From: Syntrophales bacterium
Lineage (GTDB): Bacteria > Desulfobacterota > Syntrophia > Syntrophales > UBA2210
Direction: 5' to 3'
NCBI GenBank assembly: GCA_963666365.2
Contig: CAXXNF010000001.1
Coordinates: 192,001 to 256,000, forward strand
Length of the DNA: 64,000 nucleotides
Both the position numbers and the translations under genes were made by a program. Position 1 is the stretch's first letter. Each line of letters begins with the position of its first letter. Under the pieces are notes generated by a model, which saw only the letters and a program-made list of their open reading frames with translations, made no database searches and had not been told where the DNA came from. Of this stretch, positions 57,613 through 64,000 are shown piece after piece.

Positions 57613-60600
57613 CTATTCGGGGGAAAAGCCCATCCTTTTGAGTTCTTTTTCGGCTGCGTCCACACTTTGCCTGAAGGATTCAGCCTGCTCCATGCGCTCC
57701 CGTGCACTATATATCTCTGCCTCACAGTCCTGGATGAGACCGGCGATTGAGGGAGAGTCATAGTGACCAGCTGCCTCATCTAAAATTTTATCCAGCAGTG
57801 CGTATTCCTTATGAATTATCTCTTTGTTTTTCGGCTGTTCGAGTTCACGGATTTTCGCCCTCCCCTCGGAGACCCTCTTCAACAATGCGTTGACCTTCTT
57901 CTCGATCCGGACCGCTTTTTGCTGCATTTCCCTTCTTCCCATAAAGGACAACTTCTTGATAATCTTAATGCTATGGGCAAGAAAACAACGAACCATGTGA
58001 AGATCAAAATCTTCGCAGTCTTCATACAGGTCCGCATGATCAATGCAGCTCTGGTAAACCAATGCTTCAGTCTTTGCACGTTCATACTCCCGATGCAGAT
58101 CGAGGAACTCTGAGGGAGTCATCGTTGCAGTCGGCGCAAAGCCCGTTACGTCCACCGTGGAAACAGGATTGGCGTAGGCGTAGAGGTAGGGATTGAGCAT
58201 ATGCAGATCCGGCTCCTGGGGCCGGAGGGGTTCCGGCGACAGAAATCGACCGTTCCCTGCATCGTAGTAACGGGCACGTATGTGGAAGAGATCTCCGCCC
58301 TCGCCTTCCTGGCGCACCCCCCACTTGCCCGCATAGGTAAAGAACTGGAGGCTTTCGCCCTGGTGCCCCAGGACCCGGCCGTAGGGAGTATAGGCGTAGG
58401 CGTCCGTCACCAGCCCGTTTTCATCCGTGAGGGCCAGTGTCGAACCGGTCAGATTGAAATGGTAGAACCTGACCGAGGGCTCCGCCGTCGCCATGCCTAT
58501 GCTGTAGAGGAGCTCTCCCTCTGGACTCCATACGTAATAACGGGTCACCGTGCCGGTCGCTCCCACCTCCTCCGCCACGACGGGATGGAGACCGATGCCG
58601 TAGTTGTAGTGGTAGCGGGTGGTGCTGTCGTCTTCGGTCCGGGTCAGGAGATCCCCCATTCCGTTGTAGGACAGGTCTGTGTCGTCCACCCTCGCAAGCA
58701 GGGATTCCGCGTTCCACTGGAAACGGTGCGAGGGCGATGAGGTGGTGTTGCCCGCATTGTCCGAGGAATGACCGGGGGATTGCGGGCTGCAGGCGCTGTC
58801 GTATGCGTAGTGGCGTGTGCGAAAGCCCAGCGCTTCGGCAGGATCCAGGGGCACGGTCATGTCCGCGGAGACGACCTGGCCTGCATTGTCCAGGGTGTAG
58901 GCGCAATCGACGATGCTGCCTTCCTGTATGCGTACAAGTTCGCCCGCACCGTTGTAGGTGTAGGTCCCGTTGACGCCGTTTGAACGGGTGATCCCGGTGA
59001 GACGCCGGTCCCGGTCGTATGAAAGGGTCATCCACGTGCCGGTCAGGGTATCACCCAGGCCGGTGAGCAGTCCCGTGTCCCCGTCATAGGAATAATCCAC
59101 ATTGAAGTCGTTCCCGTAGGATGCCGTTACCAGCCGCCCTGCCCCGTCATAGACGGCGCCGAAAGTCTTTCCCCCTGTGGAGGTGGTTTCAACCAGTCCT
59201 TCGGCATCCCTTGTCAAAATGAGACCTTCGGTGGAGGTGAGACGGCCGAGTTCGTCGTATTCATAGGTGAAAACGGTCCCGTCTGAGCAGGTCTTCCCGG
59301 TGACGTTTCCTGCGGCATCCCTGATGAGAGACACGCTACGCCCGTCGGATCCGGTCTCGGAGGAGACCCTTCCCTGATTGTCGTATTCATAGGTTATTTT
59401 ATACCCGGAAGGAGTGGCGGCCGATTCCATGCGGCCGGATTCGGAACGGGTAAAAGGCCAGGAATTGCCCCTTCTGTCCGTAATACCGGTGAGCGCACCC
59501 ATGGCATCGTACTGAAGGGTCATGGTACCGGTTTCCGGAAGGGTGATCGACGAGAGGTTGCCGCCGGGTCCATATGCAAGACCGCCGGTCCTGCCCAGGC
59601 CGTCGGTGACCGAGATGATCCTGTTCATGGCATCCCACTCAAAATAAATGCTGCGGCCGCAGGCATCGGTCATCCGGGTCACCTGCCCCAAAGCGTCCGT
59701 CACGTATCCGGTGGTATACCCCAGGGGTGTGGTGCGGGAACTCACCACGCCTTCCGCGTCGTAGGCGGTCTGCCACGTGTCTCCGCCCCGGGTCATACCG
59801 ACCAGACGGCCAAGGGAATCGTAATGAAAAACGCTTGCCACACTCGCAGGGTCGGTCATGGAGGAAATCCGCCCCATGGTATCGTAACCGGTTGTGGTTA
59901 CCGCCCCGGTCCTGTCGGTGGCGCTTACCGTCCTGTCCATATCGTCAAAAACCAGGGATGCGGCATTTCCCGTGGGATCGGTAATCGAGGTCAGGTTTCC
60001 GTTCGTATCGTAGGTGAATTGATAGGTGCTGCCGGTGGGATGGGTGATTCCGGTTATACGGTCGTTCCCGTCGTAGTCCATGGTGGTGGTGGAAGTTCCC
60101 GCCACGGTAATACCGGTTCGCCTGCGCATGGCATCGTAGGTGAATGCGGCGGTCACGCCGTCGGGATCGGTTGCGGATGCGGCGGTCCCGTCGGTATTGT
60201 AGGTATAGGTAGTAGTGCCTCCCACAGGATTGGTGCTCGAGGTCATGCGGCCCTGTTCGTCGTAAACAAATGTCCATGTCTCGCCGGAGGGGTCCGTCAT
60301 GGAGGTAATATTCCCTCTTTCATCGTAGGCCAGGCCAAGGGATGTCCCGTCAGGGTAATCTTCCTTTGTCGGGTCGTGAAACGTGAAGTTCACTGACTCT
60401 TCGTCTTCCGGGTGGCTGAATGTCTGCTCCTGTGAGGTATAGGTATAAGAAATCCTGTTTCCGAGTGCATTGGTCACCGAAGTCGTAAAACCGGTGTCGG
60501 GGTCCGACGTCAAGGTCGCCACCCCGCCGAGCCGGTCGGTGACGCCTGTGATTTCGTCCCGGACGGAGTCGGATGAAAATTGCGCCGTATTGCCGGCAGG

Positions 60601-62925
60601 ATCGGTCAAGGATTTTGCCACCCGGCCCTGGTGATCGTGCCGGTATGTGTAGGAAGTGCCGTCGGGCCTGGTCTCGGTCAGGGAGCTTTCCTCACTTATA
60701 TAAGGCACAAACTCCTCCCCTTCCGAATCCTGAAGGGAAAGTGTCGTCACGTTTTCATCGGCATCCTGCTGAGTCGCCGCTACGCCGCCGCCCTCCCGAT
60801 AGGTCTGCCTGTAGGGGGTGTTTCCCTCGGGATAGGTCACGCCGGTAATGGCGCCGTAACCGGCATAGGCAAAAGTGGTTGATGCGGCCATGGGATCAAT
60901 TACGGACCGCAGGACCAGTTCCTGAGGGTTGTCCGTTGGATTTTCCTCGTAGGCAAGGTCGAAGGTACGGCCCTGGTCGTCGGTAACCGACACCAGATAC
61001 TTGTTCGTATCCTGCGTTCCGACCTGGGCGTAGGCAAAGGAGAGGGATCGGCCCAGGCCGTCTTCCACCGATTCGGGCATGTGGGAGAAATCCCCTTCAC
61101 CGTAGCGGTACGTGAGGACGTTGCCGTTGCGGTCCTCGATGCGGACCAGACGTGCCCGGGAGGCCTGGGTCACCGCCGCCAGATAGACGTCTTCCTGTGA
61201 TTCGTTGACCACACCGTCGACCAATGTCGTTGCCCCGGTGTAAAAAACTACGAAACCTCCATCCGCTGAGATGGAGGACCGAAAACAGCCATCATCCGCC
61301 TCGACGCCTGCGCTGCTGACGCTCGCCCGCGTGGTGGCGCTTCCCTCCATGTCCCGAACGAACACGTCGTAGGACCAGTTCATGTCGTCCGCTACGAGAT
61401 TTGAAGCCCAGGACTCGAAAGCCACAAAGCGGCCGTCCGCCGAAATGGACGGATAACGCGAGCTGTTGTCGGATGCGGCGCCTTCCATACCCACGCTTAC
61501 CAGAACGGTGGCTGTTTCTTGACTGTCGTACAGGAAGACATCCGAACGCCCGTTTGTATCACCTGCAACGAGATTGGTAGCAGACGAGTAAAAGGTCACG
61601 TACCGGCCGTCAGCGGACAGGGATGGCCATTCCGAACTGCTGTCGCCTTCCGTTCCCTCCGAGTCTACGCTCACCCGTGTGGTCGTACCCGTCTCCCGAT
61701 CATGGACGAAAACGTCCCTGGCACTGTTGGCATCGTCCGAAACCAGGGTGCTCGCTTCTGAGGTAAAGGCCACATAGCGGCCGTCTGCCGAAATCGCGGT
61801 GTAAAAAGAATTGCCATTACCCTGGGTCCCGTCCGAATGGATACTTACCAGCGTGGTTTCTCCGGTCTGCCTGTCATGGATAAAAACATCCTTCATCTCG
61901 TTTACATCGTTCTCTACCAGATTTGAGGCAGAGGAGGCAAAGGCCACATAGCGGCCGTCTGCCGATATGGCAGCATAGGAGGAATGACCGTTTCCCTGCG
62001 TTCCGTCGGAGGACACGCTCACAAGACAGGTCTCGCCCTGTTCCCGATCGCAAACGAATATATCCTCATACCCGTTCACGTCGCCTTCAACCAGATCGGA
62101 TGCGTAGGATTCAAAGACTACATACCGGCCGTCCGGGGTAATGGCGGGATTACGCGAAATATTGTTTCCCGACGTCCCTACAGGCGTCACGCTGACCAGA
62201 GAGACCTGTCCCGATGCTCTGTCGCGTACAAAAACGTCCATTTTCCCATTGGTGTCGGGGGTCACAAGGTTGGAAGCCACCGATCCAAAGGCCACGACAC
62301 GTCCTCCTTCGGAAACGCATGCGACGGTTGACCAATTATCCGCCTCCGCTCCTTCGGAGGTCTCGCTTATACGCTCTGAGATCGCCATGGACCAGGGAAT
62401 CGCCTCTTTCTTATAGGAGTATACCAGCTCTTCTTCGGGCTGGAGAAGATAGAAAAACCCGTCCGTTTCCTTAAGACTGCACCGCACACCCTCGAGGGAA
62501 AAGGGCTCCCAGGCAGCGCCGTTTTTGCGGAACCCGTATTCCTTTCCCGCGCCGATGTCCGCATAGACCTCTTCCGGCGTTGTATCGGCATAGCGCGTCA
62601 CACCGCCCGTGTGGGTCCCGGCGAATACCGATGGCAGGCCGTCGGAAAAACGCTTGGCATCCATTTGTGAACCGTAGAAAAGAGAAAAGGAAACCGGCAA
62701 CGGCCCGCCCAGATCGAAGGGATTCATGGTGAAGAAATACTCGCCTGTGGCGGCATTAATCGGATCGCCCACTTTCAACACCGTCGTTTCTGTTTTGGAG
62801 ATCCCTATCTTCGAATATTCTGTCGGTTCCTCGCCATTGGCAGCACAGGTGACACCCAGAAGCAGCACGACAACAAGCAAGAGTATCATCCCCCGCATAC
62901 CGAGTGGGTTCATCTCATTTCGCAT
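57613..62925 (-). CDS. Rhs/YD-repeat protein with Sec signal, DUF6531-like N-terminus, TolB-like beta-propeller, Rhs core and helical C-terminal extension
   Basis: VGDPINAATGE; about 7 repeats of SADGRYVAFxSxAxNLVxxDxNxxxDVF; many YD repeats; YAYTPYG..RARYYD..GRFLSPEP..NPVSTVDVTG. Confidence 0.92.
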   Translation of the reverse strand: MRNEMNPLGMRGMILLLVVVLLLGVTCAANGEEPTEYSKIGISKTETTVLKVGDPINAATGEYFFTMNPFDLGGPLPVSFSLFYGSQMDAKRFSDGLPSVFAGTHTGGVTRYADTTPEEVYADIGAGKEYGFRKNGAAWEPFSLEGVRCSLKETDGFFYLLQPEEELVYSYKKEAIPWSMAISERISETSEGAEADNWSTVACVSEGGRVVAFGSVASNLVTPDTNGKMDVFVRDRASGQVSLVSVTPVGTSGNNISRNPAITPDGRYVVFESYASDLVEGDVNGYEDIFVCDREQGETCLVSVSSDGTQGNGHSSYAAISADGRYVAFASSASNLVENDVNEMKDVFIHDRQTGETTLVSIHSDGTQGNGNSFYTAISADGRYVAFTSEASTLVSDDANSARDVFVHDRETGTTTRVSVDSEGTEGDSSSEWPSLSADGRYVTFYSSATNLVAGDTNGRSDVFLYDSQETATVLVSVGMEGAASDNSSRYPSISADGRFVAFESWASNLVADDMNWSYDVFVRDMEGSATTRASVSSAGVEADDGCFRSSISADGGFVVFYTGATTLVDGVVNESQEDVYLAAVTQASRARLVRIEDRNGNVLTYRYGEGDFSHMPESVEDGLGRSLSFAYAQVGTQDTNKYLVSVTDDQGRTFDLAYEENPTDNPQELVLRSVIDPMAASTTFAYAGYGAITGVTYPEGNTPYRQTYREGGGVAATQQDADENVTTLSLQDSEGEEFVPYISEESSLTETRPDGTSYTYRHDHQGRVAKSLTDPAGNTAQFSSDSVRDEITGVTDRLGGVATLTSDPDTGFTTSVTNALGNRISYTYTSQEQTFSHPEDEESVNFTFHDPTKEDYPDGTSLGLAYDERGNITSMTDPSGETWTFVYDEQGRMTSSTNPVGGTTTYTYNTDGTAASATDPDGVTAAFTYDAMRRRTGITVAGTSTTTMDYDGNDRITGITHPTGSTYQFTYDTNGNLTSITDPTGNAASLVFDDMDRTVSATDRTGAVTTTGYDTMGRISSMTDPASVASVFHYDSLGRLVGMTRGGDTWQTAYDAEGVVSSRTTPLGYTTGYVTDALGQVTRMTDACGRSIYFEWDAMNRIISVTDGLGRTGGLAYGPGGNLSSITLPETGTMTLQYDAMGALTGITDRRGNSWPFTRSESGRMESAATPSGYKITYEYDNQGRVSSETGSDGRSVSLIRDAAGNVTGKTCSDGTVFTYEYDELGRLTSTEGLILTRDAEGLVETTSTGGKTFGAVYDGAGRLVTASYGNDFNVDYSYDGDTGLLTGLGDTLTGTWMTLSYDRDRRLTGITRSNGVNGTYTYNGAGELVRIQEGSIVDCAYTLDNAGQVVSADMTVPLDPAEALGFRTRHYAYDSACSPQSPGHSSDNAGNTTSSPSHRFQWNAESLLARVDDTDLSYNGMGDLLTRTEDDSTTRYHYNYGIGLHPVVAEEVGATGTVTRYYVWSPEGELLYSIGMATAEPSVRFYHFNLTGSTLALTDENGLVTDAYAYTPYGRVLGHQGESLQFFTYAGKWGVRQEGEGGDLFHIRARYYDAGNGRFLSPEPLRPQEPDLHMLNPYLYAYANPVSTVDVTGFAPTATMTPSEFLDLHREYERAKTEALVYQSCIDHADLYEDCEDFDLHMVRCFLAHSIKIIKKLSFMGRREMQQKAVRIEKKVNALLKRVSEGRAKIRELEQPKNKEIIHKEYALLDKILDEAAGHYDSPSIAGLIQDCEAEIYSARERMEQAESFRQSVDAAEKELKRMGFSPE

Positions 62926-63112
62926 CGCAACCTCCCGCGTAACAGTAAGGATAAAAAAAGATCCAAATTTTTATCATGAAAGGGAAATATAAGAAAAACG
63001 GCATTGCGAGTCAATGAATAATACCCGTCATACAGGCAATGCAAAATATATCAAATTGATTTCACAATATATTTACCGCGTCTTTTTTATTAAGGTGGAA
63101 TTTTTTCAGTGC

Positions 63113-64000
63113 TCAGGGCAACCCGGCGGATTTTCGAAGGGTATAGATAAGATCTTCCACGCCTGCCTTCCCGTCGCCGTTTACGTCGCCGGTAACGAAA
63201 CAGTCGTCCGGAACGGTACCGGCGATCACCTGTAACAGTATAACGGAGTCTGCCAGACCGACCTCCCCGTCATTGTTGAAATCGCCCCTTATATACTCAG
63301 AGGAGAAGACGGCTTCGATCACATGATCGGCAATTACGTCGCTGAGGGTATAGTGAGCCGGCATACCGTACAACGGATCGGCGGGGATCACCGCCGCCAG
63401 TACCGACATACCGTCCACGGCGACGTCGATGAGCGACGCGCCAGGATCGGGAACGAACATCCACATATATGATTCGTGATCTTCGAGATACACCGGTTCG
63501 GAAGGCAGGATTTTACCCCTTCCCGAACTGACCGGTGTGATCTCGTGTTCGTTCAGAGCAAATCGCGCCTCTATCGCATGCCCCTCGTTTACGTTGCTGA
63601 AAACGTATGTCTCGACGGGACCGACGGACAGGCCGTCCACAAGAACATCTTCGAGATGATAATTCGCCCCGGCACCCATGTAATAAGTGATTTCGCCGCC
63701 GTGGGTTACGGTGGAATCGCCTGCGGGGTCGATGTACCCCCCGGCGCCCGCCGTTGCGGATATAATATAACGGTTTGCCTCGAACCAGGCCGCGATGGAA
63801 TGGTAATCGTTCGTAACCTCTATAAACGTGTAGGTATCGACCGGTTCGGGAAGCACAAGCCCGTCCACAATTACGGATGATACATGAAACCCCTCGTCGG
63901 CACCGATGGTAAAGGTGAGGTCGCCGCCGTGGTATACGGGCGCTTCTCCCGAAGGATCGATCCAGCCTCCGCTGCCCGCGTCGGCGCTGATCGTGTACTG
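63113..64000 (-). CDS. Surface protein (N-terminus beyond window) with divergent InlB B-type repeats and C-terminal dockerin-like domain
   Basis: Frame open to the window edge; three repeats like YTISADAGSGGWIDPSG..VIVDG..YTF..HSIAAWF; GDFNNDGEVGLADSV / GDVNGDGKAGVEDLI. Confidence 0.88.
   Translation of the reverse strand, partial: QYTISADAGSGGWIDPSGEAPVYHGGDLTFTIGADEGFHVSSVIVDGLVLPEPVDTYTFIEVTNDYHSIAAWFEANRYIISATAGAGGYIDPAGDSTVTHGGEITYYMGAGANYHLEDVLVDGLSVGPVETYVFSNVNEGHAIEARFALNEHEITPVSSGRGKILPSEPVYLEDHESYMWMFVPDPGASLIDVAVDGMSVLAAVIPADPLYGMPAHYTLSDVIADHVIEAVFSSEYIRGDFNNDGEVGLADSVILLQVIAGTVPDDCFVTGDVNGDGKAGVEDLIYTLRKSAGLP

Overview
Bacterial chromosomal DNA, moderately GC-rich, from an anaerobe. 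The gene content looks like Desulfobacterota/Syntrophales-type deltaproteobacteria; this is inferred, not proven. No rRNA, tRNA, CRISPR array or transposase was seen. Left to right: a >1,840-aa secreted protein running off the left edge; redox and CoA-metabolism genes; a FIST + PAS hybrid kinase pair; an operon of an OvoA-C-terminal-like methyltransferase plus a molybdopterin enzyme; a DtxR-feoAB-DUF4198-porin metal-uptake cluster; a flavin oxidoreductase, a decayed MBL/rhodanese gene and a nitroreductase; modABC + FmdE-MoeA beside a selenocysteine (UGA + SECIS) formate dehydrogenase; an MBL / GNAT-C39 / RimK module; DUF898 + M48; acyl-CoA genes; an ALDH-ADH fusion and a sigma-54 activator that have both lost their 5' ends at one junction; and a secreted-protein island (two Cys-rich paralogues, a YD-dockerin mini-protein, a Sec-signal Rhs with an inserted beta-propeller, a B-repeat-dockerin protein). 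The best leads are (1) a possible O2-independent, metallopterin-based ovothiol/mercaptohistidine module, (2) tandem Cys-rich secreted scaffolds with near-identical cores and unrelated loops, (3) a Sec-exported Rhs followed by a YD-dockerin gene instead of an obvious immunity gene, and (4) a repeated attenuator-like RNA motif in the feo cluster. All family assignments come from motif recognition by eye; no database search was run.
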